From: an uncultured Lachnospiraceae bacterium
Lineage (GTDB): Bacteria > Bacillota > Clostridia > Lachnospirales > Lachnospiraceae
Assembly (NCBI GenBank): GCA_902802515.1
Contig: CADCMM010000007.1
Location: forward strand, 33,954-97,953
Direction: 5' to 3'
Length of the DNA: 64,000 nucleotides
Position 1 is the first letter of the stretch; each line of letters starts with the position of its first letter. Below, piece after piece: positions 25,054-34,416 of this stretch. Made by a program: the position numbers and the translations under genes. The notes under the pieces are model-generated. The model was given only the letters and a program-made list of their open reading frames with translations, had not been told where the DNA came from and searched no databases.

Positions 25054-26841
25054 TTAACAGTAATTCTGTATCACGATCTGCTTTGTTCTCCTGTCTCTAA
25101 ATTCATTGATCTCGGGATAATACGTAACAGACAAAGTAATATGGTTCTCCCTTCCCTGGAACAGCCGCTCTACCTGCACACTGCCGTATTTGTCCGCAAG
25201 GTAGCCCTGCAGCCGCGCTATATCGCCAAAGTACATCGCTTCCATGGCTGTCCCTGTCTGATTGTAAACCAGAAATTTTAGCACATTCCGGTTTTTTCCC
25301 AGAACCATTGCTTTCTGAAGCCGCAGATCCTTTTCCGCGAACAACGGTTTGGCGTTTCCCTTTCCATAGGGCTCCAACAAATGCAGTTCCTCAATCAGTC
25401 CCTCTGTTATGTAGTGAATGGGCATAGGCACATCGATCATGATTTTTTCACATAGATCTTCCTGTGTCAAAACGCAGTTTTCATTAATCCTTCTGCGAAA
25501 TTCATCTAATTTCTGTTTTTCCAGAGACAGTCCCGCCGCCATGGGATGTCCGCCAAACTTCAAAAACAGATCCTGGCATTTCACCATCTCCTCAAACATG
25601 GAATAGGCTTCGATGGAGCGCCCGGAGCCCTTGACACAGTCCTGCCCGTCTGTCAATACAAATACCGGACGATAATATCGCTCCCGGATACGGCCGGCAA
25701 TAATGCCTGCCACACTCTCATGGCAGTTCGGAAGATAGACCACCAGCACCCGATCCTGTCTCAGCGAAGTCGTTTCAATCAGATGAACTGCCTGCTCCAC
25801 ACCTTTCGCAGTCAGATCCTTTCTTTCATCATTCAGGGATTTCAGTTCTTCGGCCAGCTGCGCCGCCATTTCCGGTTCTTCCTCCAACAGCAGCTTCAGG
25901 GATCGTTTTGCCGTGTCCAACCGGCCGCTGGCATTGATACAGGGACCGATCAAAAATCCGATATGGTATGCAGTGAGTTTTACACCTTCCAGACCCGCAG
26001 CCCGGATCAGGGCCCGCAATCCGGGATTTTTTGTGTGCGGCAGAGCCTCTAATCCATGTTTTACTATGATTCGATTTTCTCCGTCCAGATCCATAACATC
26101 TCCCACTGTGGCAATGGCAGCAAAGGGTAGAAATTCCAATGCCTCGGATGGATCTATCCCTGACATTTTATAGAATACCTGGATCAGTTTCCAGGCCACG
26201 CCCGCGCCGCAGAGCTTTTTGTAGGGATACGTACAATCCGGCAATTTTGGATTTATCAGGACATCCGCGGGAGGGAGGATCCATTCCCGCTTTTCATCTC
26301 CGCTGTTCGCGTCCTGTATTCTCTGACTATCCCTAAACAGCGGTTCATGATGATCCGTTACGATCACCGTCAATCCAAGTTTCCTGGCGTGAAATACCTG
26401 ATCCATCGCCGCGATTCCATTGTCACAGGTCAGGATCGTGTCAATGCCCTCCCGGCAAGCCAGATCGATCAGATTTATATTCAGCCCGTATCCATCCTTC
26501 ATACGGTCCGGAATCTCATAATCCACGTCCGCTCCCAGCCTCTTTAATCCACAATATAGTATGTAAGTAGCGTTCACGCCATCAATATCATAATCTCCGA
26601 TGATCCGTATCTTTTTTCCCGATCTGATTTTTCCCTGCAGTAACTTTGCCGCTTCCGCACACCCGTTCAGCAGTTCCGGGGGATGCAGACGCTCCAATCC
26701 GCCCTTTAAATATTCTTCTATCGACTCATCACCGATCACATTCCGGTTGCGGATCAAACGGGCAGTCACCGGATCAATCCCGAATTTTTCGGCAATTGCC
26801 TGAAAATCCGCCCTCTTTGCGGCGACAAACCATTTCTCCAT
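25054..26841 (-). CDS. recJ: Single-stranded-DNA-specific exonuclease RecJ
   Basis: 595 aa with DHH motifs (GDYDIDG, VTDHH) and a DHHA1 domain (GGHPMAAG). Confidence 0.9.
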   Translation of the reverse strand: MEKWFVAAKRADFQAIAEKFGIDPVTARLIRNRNVIGDESIEEYLKGGLERLHPPELLNGCAEAAKLLQGKIRSGKKIRIIGDYDIDGVNATYILYCGLKRLGADVDYEIPDRMKDGYGLNINLIDLACREGIDTILTCDNGIAAMDQVFHARKLGLTVIVTDHHEPLFRDSQRIQDANSGDEKREWILPPADVLINPKLPDCTYPYKKLCGAGVAWKLIQVFYKMSGIDPSEALEFLPFAAIATVGDVMDLDGENRIIVKHGLEALPHTKNPGLRALIRAAGLEGVKLTAYHIGFLIGPCINASGRLDTAKRSLKLLLEEEPEMAAQLAEELKSLNDERKDLTAKGVEQAVHLIETTSLRQDRVLVVYLPNCHESVAGIIAGRIRERYYRPVFVLTDGQDCVKGSGRSIEAYSMFEEMVKCQDLFLKFGGHPMAAGLSLEKQKLDEFRRRINENCVLTQEDLCEKIMIDVPMPIHYITEGLIEELHLLEPYGKGNAKPLFAEKDLRLQKAMVLGKNRNVLKFLVYNQTGTAMEAMYFGDIARLQGYLADKYGSVQVERLFQGRENHITLSVTYYPEINEFRDRRTKQIVIQNYC

Positions 26842-26876
26842 AATATCACACTCTCAATTTCTGTCATAGCAAAACA

Positions 26877-26941
26877 GGCTGTCAGTTGCAAGAGGATATG
26901 ATTTCTATATATAGAAATGATAGCATCTACAACTGACAGCC
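26877..26941 (-). terminator. Long nested hairpin after secDF (probable terminator)
   Basis: An outer perfect 12-bp stem GGCTGTCAGTTG/CAACTGACAGCC encloses the perfect 18-nt palindrome ATTTCTATATATAGAAAT. On the minus strand it is followed by TGTTTTGCT. Confidence 0.5.
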
Positions 26942-26960
26942 GTTAAGTTCATTATTGTGT

Positions 26961-29141
26961 TTATTTACTGTTCTTAGATACGGAACGCTTCTTCATGATA
27001 TACCACAGCGCACCTGTAATGCATACGGAAGAGTATCCGCCGGCTACAATACCTACCATCAGCGGAAGGGCAAATTCCTTGATGGACGGAACACCGATGA
27101 TATACAGAGCTGCAATCGTTACAAATGTAGTGAAGGAAGTATAAATACTTCTGGTCAGCGTCTGTGTAATGCTGCGGTTTACGATCTCCGCCAAATCGCT
27201 GCCTTTTTTCTGAGCCTTGAAATTCTCACGAATACGGTCGAAGATGACGATAGTGGCGTTGATGGAGTAACCCACAATGGTCAGCATGCAGGCGATAAAC
27301 GTGTTACCGATGGAGATACGCACTACTGCATAGCAGGCAAATACTACCAACACATCATGTACCAATGCCAACACTGCACTGGCTCCGAACCGGATATCTG
27401 AGAAACGGAACCAGATATAGATAAGCATGCAGATAACGGCAATGATCACCGCTACCACCGCATCTTTCCTCATCTCATTACTGATGGTGGAGGAGATGGT
27501 CTCAAAGCTGACGCTCTTTTCTGTTGCACCGCTTTCCGTTGTGTACTCCGCAATACCAAAGTTCTCATCCAACTTAGCAGAAAGTTCTTCGCGCTCATCT
27601 ACCGTCAGCGCTCTGGTCTTGAAAATAACTTCATTTCCGCCGGAAACCTTCTGTGCCTGGATCTCCGCCTCGCCGATCACTTCCTGGATCACCGGTTTGA
27701 TCTTGGCGTCAATGTCATCTATGCTGTAATCATCATTAAAGGTTACATCTGTGGATGTACCTCCGCGGAACTCCATACTCAGGTTCAGGATTCCGTTGCC
27801 TGCCGCTTTGTTGATCAGCATAGAGGCAGGTCCCGAAAGAACCAGAACCAGGGAAATAAGGAAGAAAAGATTTCTCTTTCCAAGAAAATTGATGGTCTTC
27901 ACTTCTCTTGCTTTTCCATAATACTTCTCATCTTTCATGCCCATCGCATAAGCAGCATTCACCAGAAGTCTGGAGATCACGCAGGCAGTGAACATGGACA
28001 AAACAATACCGAGGGCCAAAGTCTGCGCGAAACCTTTCACAGAACCGGTAGCCATAAAATTCAGCACGATGGCTGCGATCAAAGTAGTCACGTTACCGTC
28101 AATGATAGCAGAAAGCGCTTTTTTAAATCCGATGTCAATGGAAGATTTTACCGTCTTACCGCTGGCAATTTCTTCGCGGATACGTGCATAGATAATAACG
28201 TTAGCATCCACAGCCATACCGATAGACAGGATGACACCGGCGATACCGGCCAAGGTCAGGGTCATATCAAAAGCATTCAGTGCAACCAGTTCCAATCCCG
28301 CGTAAATAGCCAGAGACAGACCGGCGATCACACCTGGAACTTTATAAACAATGATCATAAAGATGATAACAATGATCAGACCGATCAGGCCGGCGATCAA
28401 GCTGGTGGAAATGGCCTGCTCTCCAAGCTGTGCCCCCACTACATTGGAACGAATCTCTTCCAGTTCCAGAGACAAAGAGCCGATACGGATGGAAGAAGCC
28501 AGATTCGAAGCTGATTCAGCAGTAAAGCTTCCCTCGATCACGCATTTGCCGTCTGTGATGGCGGTTCTTACCGTGGGAGCGCTGATCACCTGCTCATCAT
28601 AAACGATATAGATCGGATTGCCTACGTTCTCGCTGGTAGCCTCCGCAAATGCTTTCGCGCCTTCCTCAGAGAAGGTCAGCGACACCACATACTCCGTGTT
28701 GCCCAGCGTCTGGTCTCTCTGAGTAACAGCTTCGGAAGACACCACATCAGTACCGTTCAGAATAACCGTGCCATCCTCAAGCTGGAACGTGAGAGAACCG
28801 GGTTTGCCAAGTTCCTGTAAAATTGCGTTGGCGTCCGTCACGCCCGGTATCTCAATATTGATACGGTTGGAACCCTCCTGATAAACAGAAGCTTCCGTAC
28901 TGTAATTCTGAACACGCTGCTGTAACTTATAGATCGTGTCTGACATATCCTCCGCAGACGGTTCCTCGTCTCCCACCGTCTGGTAAGTAATGGAAACGCC
29001 GCCGGACAGATCCAGTCCCAGCTTAATGTTTTTCGCAGCTCCTGTTCCAGTGGGCCCCCAGCCGACCGCCGCCGTGAAAATAGTCACGATCAGCAGGGCT
29101 GCCATGGCGATCAGAACCCATGTTGCTCTTTTCTTGTTCAT
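26961..29141 (-). CDS. secDF: Protein translocase subunit SecDF (fused)
   Basis: 726 aa with 12 predicted TM segments. The sequence shows SecD-type and then SecF-type patterns in that order. Confidence 0.9.
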   Translation of the reverse strand: MNKKRATWVLIAMAALLIVTIFTAAVGWGPTGTGAAKNIKLGLDLSGGVSITYQTVGDEEPSAEDMSDTIYKLQQRVQNYSTEASVYQEGSNRINIEIPGVTDANAILQELGKPGSLTFQLEDGTVILNGTDVVSSEAVTQRDQTLGNTEYVVSLTFSEEGAKAFAEATSENVGNPIYIVYDEQVISAPTVRTAITDGKCVIEGSFTAESASNLASSIRIGSLSLELEEIRSNVVGAQLGEQAISTSLIAGLIGLIIVIIFMIIVYKVPGVIAGLSLAIYAGLELVALNAFDMTLTLAGIAGVILSIGMAVDANVIIYARIREEIASGKTVKSSIDIGFKKALSAIIDGNVTTLIAAIVLNFMATGSVKGFAQTLALGIVLSMFTACVISRLLVNAAYAMGMKDEKYYGKAREVKTINFLGKRNLFFLISLVLVLSGPASMLINKAAGNGILNLSMEFRGGTSTDVTFNDDYSIDDIDAKIKPVIQEVIGEAEIQAQKVSGGNEVIFKTRALTVDEREELSAKLDENFGIAEYTTESGATEKSVSFETISSTISNEMRKDAVVAVIIAVICMLIYIWFRFSDIRFGASAVLALVHDVLVVFACYAVVRISIGNTFIACMLTIVGYSINATIVIFDRIRENFKAQKKGSDLAEIVNRSITQTLTRSIYTSFTTFVTIAALYIIGVPSIKEFALPLMVGIVAGGYSSVCITGALWYIMKKRSVSKNSK

Positions 29142-29166
29142 TGTTTTTCTCTCCTCTTACTACTTT

Positions 29167-30522
29167 TCATTCTGCTAACGCAGCTTTTATCATAATGGCG
29201 CACTCCACTCTCTTGCGCTGCAGCTCACAGCCGATATCGTAGGCGTCATTTATGGTTCCATGGAAATTATACGAATTTGCCGCACAGCCGCCGCTGCAGT
29301 AAAACTTCGCAAAGCAGTTCTGGCATTTCTCTTTCGCGTAGACATTGCAGCATTTGAATTGATCTACAATATCCTCTCTTACAATGCCCTCGTCCACATT
29401 CCCCATGAGAAATTCTTCTTTTCCCACAAACTGATGACATGGATAGAGATCCCCCCAGGGCGTAACAGCCAGATACTCTGTACCGGATCCGCATCCGGAC
29501 ATTCTCTTGTAAACACAGGGACCTCCTGTCAGGTCGATCATAAAGTGGAAAAAATTGAACCCTTTCCCCGCTTTCTCGCGGCGTATCATCTCCCGGGCCA
29601 GTTTATCGTATTCCTCGCAGATCTTCGGAATATCTTCTTCCCGGATGGAATAGTCGTCCTCTGGAGCCGCTACCACAGGTTCCACCGAAACCTGGGAAAA
29701 TCCTAAATCGGCAAAATGAAGCACATCCTCTGAAAAATCCAGGTTGTTCCTGGTAAATGTACCTCTCACATAATAGCGCTCCTGCCCCCGGCTGTCCGCA
29801 AATTTTAAAAACTTGGGCACCACCAGGTCATAACTGCCTTTCCCGTTCCGGAACGGACGCATCCTGTCATGTACTTCCCTGCGCCCATCCAGGCTGAGAA
29901 CCACATTACCCATTTCCCGATTGCAAAACTCCATGACTTCGTCATTTAAAAGCACGCCATTGGTCGTGAGGGTAAAGCGGAATTTCTTGTTATGGATCTT
30001 TTCCTGCTCTCTTCCGTATCTCACCAGATCTTTTACTACCTGCCAGTTCATCAGAGGCTCGCCCCCGAAGAAATCAACTTCCAGATTCCGTCTGCTTCCG
30101 GAATTTGCGATCAGAAAGTCCAGCGCCCTCTTTCCCACCTCATAACTCATCAGTGCCCTGCGACCGTGATACTCTCCTTCTTCCGCAAAACAATATTTGC
30201 AGGCAAGGTTACAATCGTGGGCGATATGCAGGCACAGAGCCTTTACCACAGTCTGCCTTGCCTTAAAATCCAGCACAGCGTCTTTATAGACATCCTCCGC
30301 GAACAAAACGCCGGCATTCTTCAGCGTATTACACTCCTCCAACGCTTCTGTCAGTTCCCGGATATCGTATTTGCCCCTCAGACAGGCAATCACCGCATCG
30401 TCTGTATTTCCCTTATCCAGCAGTTCCACCACATCATAGACAATATCGTCCACCACATGTACGGAGCCGCTGTTCACATCAATAACAATGTTATAACCAT
30501 TGTTTTTGTACTGATGGATCAC
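29167..30522 (-). CDS. scfB: Radical SAM/SPASM thioether-forming SCIFF peptide maturase
   Basis: 451 aa with a GTG start after AAAGGGGA. It has CNLACKYC (CxxxCxxC) and C-terminal SPASM Cys clusters (CQNCFAKFYCSGGC). It lies directly downstream of scfA. Confidence 0.9.
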   Translation of the reverse strand: MIHQYKNNGYNIVIDVNSGSVHVVDDIVYDVVELLDKGNTDDAVIACLRGKYDIRELTEALEECNTLKNAGVLFAEDVYKDAVLDFKARQTVVKALCLHIAHDCNLACKYCFAEEGEYHGRRALMSYEVGKRALDFLIANSGSRRNLEVDFFGGEPLMNWQVVKDLVRYGREQEKIHNKKFRFTLTTNGVLLNDEVMEFCNREMGNVVLSLDGRREVHDRMRPFRNGKGSYDLVVPKFLKFADSRGQERYYVRGTFTRNNLDFSEDVLHFADLGFSQVSVEPVVAAPEDDYSIREEDIPKICEEYDKLAREMIRREKAGKGFNFFHFMIDLTGGPCVYKRMSGCGSGTEYLAVTPWGDLYPCHQFVGKEEFLMGNVDEGIVREDIVDQFKCCNVYAKEKCQNCFAKFYCSGGCAANSYNFHGTINDAYDIGCELQRKRVECAIMIKAALAE

Positions 30523-30551
30523 TGCTAATCCCCTTTCGGTCTCAACTAAGT

Positions 30552-30579
30552 GGGCTGCTGTAATACTTTACAACAGCCC
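30552..30579 (-). other. Inter-cistronic hairpin between scfA and scfB
   Basis: The stem is 12-13 bp (GGGCUGUUGUAA/UUACAGCAGCCC with one G-U pair) and the loop is 4 nt. No U-tract follows. It could be a stabiliser or a partial terminator. Confidence 0.4.
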
Positions 30580-30592
30580 AGAGGCATTACCT

Positions 30593-30736
30593 TTATTTAT
30601 TGTTTTCGCAAGTCTGATTTCCAACCGTGCAGCTTGTCTTGCATGCTGACTGGCAGGAAGTCTGACATTCACCGCAGCCGCCCTTTTTCAGGGTATTCTG
30701 CAGAGACTTTGTGTTTAATGTCTTGATGTGCTTCAT
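30593..30736 (-). CDS. scfA: SCIFF (six-cysteine) ribosomal peptide precursor, 47 aa
   Basis: My own translation is MKHIKTLNTKSLQNTLKKGGCGECQTSCQSACKTSCTVGNQTCENNK. AGGAGG lies 8 nt upstream. The ORF is below the track size cutoff. Confidence 0.9.
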   Translation of the reverse strand: MKHIKTLNTKSLQNTLKKGGCGECQTSCQSACKTSCTVGNQTCENNK

Positions 30737-30795
30737 GATCTTAGCCTCCTTCTAATTTCTATAATAACCTGTGCAAAAATCAGCACTCTTTCGAT

Positions 30796-30824
30796 ATTAT
30801 AACATAGGTGCCCATAATTGGAAA
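30796..30824 (-). promoter_or_regulatory. Candidate sigma-A promoter of scfA (TTTCCA-N17-TGtTATAAT)
   Basis: On the minus strand, TATAAT lies at 30801-30796 with an upstream TG, and the -35 element at 30824-30819. Confidence 0.45.
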
Positions 30825-30874
30825 GCACTTTTTTCATGAGATCAGCGACAAATCAGCAATTGAATACAAACGAC

Positions 30875-30906
30875 AGGGCCGTTGCAAAAATTTTGCAACG
30901 ACCCCG
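30875..30906 (-). terminator. Hairpin after the EF-G paralog
   Basis: The core stem is CGTTGCAAAA-a-TTTTGCAACG, extended by GGGC/GACCC pairs. The downstream tract is only moderately T-rich. Confidence 0.35.
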
Positions 30907-30920
30907 TGGTTATATCTCAA

Positions 30921-32999
30921 TTATTCCGCCGTCTCTGCTGCTCTCGCCGCAATCTCCTTATCCTGCACGTCGGAGGGAGCCTGTTCATAGCGCGCAAACT
31001 CATAAGCATAGTCACCGCAGCCTCCGGTCATGGAACGTAGCTGCGTAGAATATCCGTACAGTTCAGACATCGGAATATCTGCTTCCACGATGGTATTTCC
31101 TTTGTGATCCGGATTCATACCCAGCACGCGTCCGCGGCGTTTGTTCAGATCGCCCATGACATCACCGGTGAATTTGTCCGGCACTGTGACTTTCAGGGAA
31201 GCGATCGGCTCTAGAAGAACCGGGCTGGCCTCCATGAAGCCCTTCTTGAATGCCTGGATTGCAGCGGTCTTAAATGCCATTTCAGAGGAATCTACCGGAT
31301 GATAGGAACCGTCATACAATGTCGCTTTCACACCAACCACCGGATATCCGGCCATGGGTCCTTTCAAAACGGAATCTTGAATTCCTTTTTCCACTGCCGG
31401 GAAGTAGTTTTTCGGAACGGCGCCGCCAACAACTACCTGTTCGAACACATACGGAGTCTCCAGATCGCCGGAAGCCTCGAAGCGCATCTTTACGTGACCA
31501 TACTGTCCGTGACCGCCGGACTGTTTTTTGTATTTAGAGTCTACATCAGAATTTTTCCGTATCGTTTCGCGGAACGCTACCTTCGGACGCTCCAGTTCTG
31601 CTTCTACTTTGTATTTCGTAAGCAGCTTGCTGACAATGATGTCCAGATGCTGATCGCCCATACCATAGATCAGTGTCTGACGGTTTTCCGCGTCATTTAC
31701 TGCCTTCATGGTCAGATCTTCCTGCATCATCTTGGCAAGAGCCTGGGAGATTTTATCTTCATCCCCCTTGTTCTTGGCCCTGTATCTCTTGTAAGTGTAC
31801 GGTGTGGAAACAGTGACTTTACCGTATTTGATCGGCGTCGCTTTTGTAGAGAGGGTATCTCCCGTAGCAGCATCCAGTTTTCCGATAGCACCGATATCAC
31901 CGGCCATCAGCTCTTTTACTTCCACCGGTTTGCTTCCTTCAAATACATAAAGTTTGCTCACACGGAACTCGCTGTCATTCTCCACATCATAGAGGGTGTC
32001 ATCCGATTTGATGACACCGGAAGCCACTTTGATCATGGAGTACTTACCGATAAACGGATCCACGATGGTCTTGAAGATAAAGGCGGATTTTGCCTTCGCG
32101 AAGTTGTAATCAGCCTCAAAAATCTCATTGGTCTTCGTGTTTACGCCTGCGATCTTCGTATCCGCCGGGCTGGGGAAGTAGCTGATAATATCATCCAGCA
32201 GAATCATAATACCCTGAAGGTTTACGCTGGCTCCCATGGTCACCGGAACCAGAGAACAGTCAGAAACATTGGTCTTCAACGCCGCAACAATCTCTGCCTC
32301 AGAGAATTCCTCTCCCCCAAAGTAACGATCCATAAACTCTTCGCTCGTCTCCGCCACAGCCTCCATCAGTGTCTCTCTGTCGTGTTCCAGATAATCCTGA
32401 AGATAATCGGGGATCTCGCACTCTACCTTATTTTGCTTGTCCACATATCTTCTGGCACCCTGTTTTACAATGTTTACATAGCCCACAAACTTCTCATTCT
32501 CACGGATCGGGCGGTACAGAGGCGCGATCTTCTTTCCATAAAGCTCTACCAGATCTTCTACCACTTTACGATAGCTGGCGTTATCGAAATCCATGTTTGA
32601 TACATAGAAGATACGGGGAAGTTTATACTTTTCACATAAATCCCATGCTTTCTGAGTGCCGACTTCTACACCACTCTTACCGTTCACCACAATAATTGCA
32701 GCATCCGCAGCCGCAGCTGCTTCTTCCACTTCACCCACAAAATCAAAATAACCGGGGGTATCCAGCACATTCACCTTTGTGTCGCCCCAGATAATCGGCG
32801 CCATGGTGGTGCTGATGGAAAACTTTCTCTTCTGCTCTTCTTTATCATAATCGCTCAGGGTCGTTCCATCGGTAATGTTTCCCAAACGGTTGGTGATACC
32901 TGACAAATACGCCATAGCCTCAACCAGACTGGTCTTTCCGGCTCCCCCGTGCCCTAATATAACCACGTTTCTTATCTTATCCGTCGTGTAAACATTCAT
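30921..32999 (-). CDS. Elongation factor G family GTPase (EF-G2-like paralog)
   Basis: The G1 motif is GHGGAGKTS and the five-domain EF-G length is present. I prefer the ATG at 32999 (GGAGG 9 nt upstream) over 33008. Confidence 0.85.
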   Translation of the reverse strand: MNVYTTDKIRNVVILGHGGAGKTSLVEAMAYLSGITNRLGNITDGTTLSDYDKEEQKRKFSISTTMAPIIWGDTKVNVLDTPGYFDFVGEVEEAAAAADAAIIVVNGKSGVEVGTQKAWDLCEKYKLPRIFYVSNMDFDNASYRKVVEDLVELYGKKIAPLYRPIRENEKFVGYVNIVKQGARRYVDKQNKVECEIPDYLQDYLEHDRETLMEAVAETSEEFMDRYFGGEEFSEAEIVAALKTNVSDCSLVPVTMGASVNLQGIMILLDDIISYFPSPADTKIAGVNTKTNEIFEADYNFAKAKSAFIFKTIVDPFIGKYSMIKVASGVIKSDDTLYDVENDSEFRVSKLYVFEGSKPVEVKELMAGDIGAIGKLDAATGDTLSTKATPIKYGKVTVSTPYTYKRYRAKNKGDEDKISQALAKMMQEDLTMKAVNDAENRQTLIYGMGDQHLDIIVSKLLTKYKVEAELERPKVAFRETIRKNSDVDSKYKKQSGGHGQYGHVKMRFEASGDLETPYVFEQVVVGGAVPKNYFPAVEKGIQDSVLKGPMAGYPVVGVKATLYDGSYHPVDSSEMAFKTAAIQAFKKGFMEASPVLLEPIASLKVTVPDKFTGDVMGDLNKRRGRVLGMNPDHKGNTIVEADIPMSELYGYSTQLRSMTGGCGDYAYEFARYEQAPSDVQDKEIAARAAETAE

Positions 33000-33206
33000 A
33001 CGATTCATCCTCCAATACTAGTTTTTCCTGAATGGTTTTGCACCACATGGGTATATTGTACTAAAATCACAAAGGAAAAGCAAGCATTTTATCAATATTT
33101 ATCCATTTTGACGATAGATCCCTTTTGTGAAGACCAGGTGGTACATCTCTCTTTCCTTATTATCAACATCAAATGCAGCTGCCGGAAAAGATAACCCATT
33201 CCCCGT

Positions 33207-33235
33207 TTGACAGCCCTTCGAATTCATAGTAGAAT
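33207..33235 (+). promoter_or_regulatory. Candidate sigma-A promoter of tyrA-aroA (TTGACA-N17-TAGAAT)
   Basis: There is an exact TTGACA at 33207-33212 and TAGAAT at 33230-33235. Confidence 0.5.
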
Positions 33236-33295
33236 GAAGCCGATATGCATGCCGTCAGCTCGTCGGCTGCCGGCAACGAAATGGAGTGTCTTACT

Positions 33296-34399
33296 ATGAA
33301 ACAATTTATTTATGGTTTTGTTGGCCTGGGCCTGATCGGCGGTTCTATGGCAAAAACTCTTAAAAAAAATCAGGCGGACTGCAGAATTTACGCTTATACG
33401 AGAACGAAGGTTACCACAGATGCCGCTCTCTCGGAGGGACTTATAGACTCAGCCTGTTCCTCAACCCATGATCCTAGATTTTCCGAATGCGACTATATCT
33501 TTCTTTGCGCCCCGGTAGGGAATAATATTGAAGCGCTGGAAGATTTGAAAAACGTGATCAAGCCAGATTGTATTCTTACCGATGTGGGCAGCGTTAAGAC
33601 TAACATCCATGAAGCGGTCTCCCGTCTGGGGCTGAATGCTCAGTTTATCGGAGGCCACCCCATGACCGGTTCCGAAAAAACAGGACTTGCCAACGCCACC
33701 GATCATCTGTTTGAGAATGCTTATTATATTCTGACCCCCTCCCCCGATGTTCCGAGAGAATGGGTGGAAAGATACCGGGATCTGGCTGCCTCTTTTAGCG
33801 CCATTCCCCTAATTCTGGATTACCGGGAACATGATTATATTACCGCTGCAGTCAGCCATCTGCCTCATGTGATCGCTTCCGCTCTGGTGAACACCGTACA
33901 TAATCTGGATTCCCCCGAGGAACACATGAAACTGATTGCCGCAGGCGGCTTCAAAGATATTACCAGGATCGCTTCCTCTTCTCCCGAAATGTGGGAGCAG
34001 ATCTGCCTTTACAATCATGATAACATTTCCCAGGTCATGGACGAATTCATTCGCCTTCTAACACAGGCCAGAGAACACATGCAAAAGGAAGAGGGACTTC
34101 CCATCTACCGCATGTTTGAAGAATCAAAGGATTACCGAAATTCTTTTTCCTCTGCTTCTCTGGGTACCATCAAGAAATCCTACCGTATTTACTGTGATGT
34201 CATTGACGAATCCGGCGCCATTGCCACGATTGCCACAATCCTTGCTGTTAATAGCATCAGCATTAAAAACATCGGCATCGTCCACAACCGGGAATTCGAA
34301 GAGGGCGTGCTGCGCATTGAGTTTTACGATGAGGCTACCACAAAAACAGCCGCTGAGGTTCTCCGCCAGCACCGTTATCAGGTGTGGGAAACAAACTGA
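33296..34399 (+). CDS. tyrA: Prephenate dehydrogenase with C-terminal ACT-like domain
   Basis: The internal ATG at 33296 follows GGAG. It has the GLGLIGGS Rossmann motif and a GGHPMTGSE motif. Confidence 0.85.
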   Translation: MKQFIYGFVGLGLIGGSMAKTLKKNQADCRIYAYTRTKVTTDAALSEGLIDSACSSTHDPRFSECDYIFLCAPVGNNIEALEDLKNVIKPDCILTDVGSVKTNIHEAVSRLGLNAQFIGGHPMTGSEKTGLANATDHLFENAYYILTPSPDVPREWVERYRDLAASFSAIPLILDYREHDYITAAVSHLPHVIASALVNTVHNLDSPEEHMKLIAAGGFKDITRIASSSPEMWEQICLYNHDNISQVMDEFIRLLTQAREHMQKEEGLPIYRMFEESKDYRNSFSSASLGTIKKSYRIYCDVIDESGAIATIATILAVNSISIKNIGIVHNREFEEGVLRIEFYDEATTKTAAEVLRQHRYQVWETN

Positions 34400-34416
34400 G
34401 AAAGGAATATTGCACT

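Noticed and set aside
33130-33170. A T-box-like GGTGGTAC string upstream of tyrA.
   Set aside because: It lacks the full GGUGGUACCGCG context, a Stem I, a specifier loop and a terminator. It also lies upstream of the best promoter candidate.
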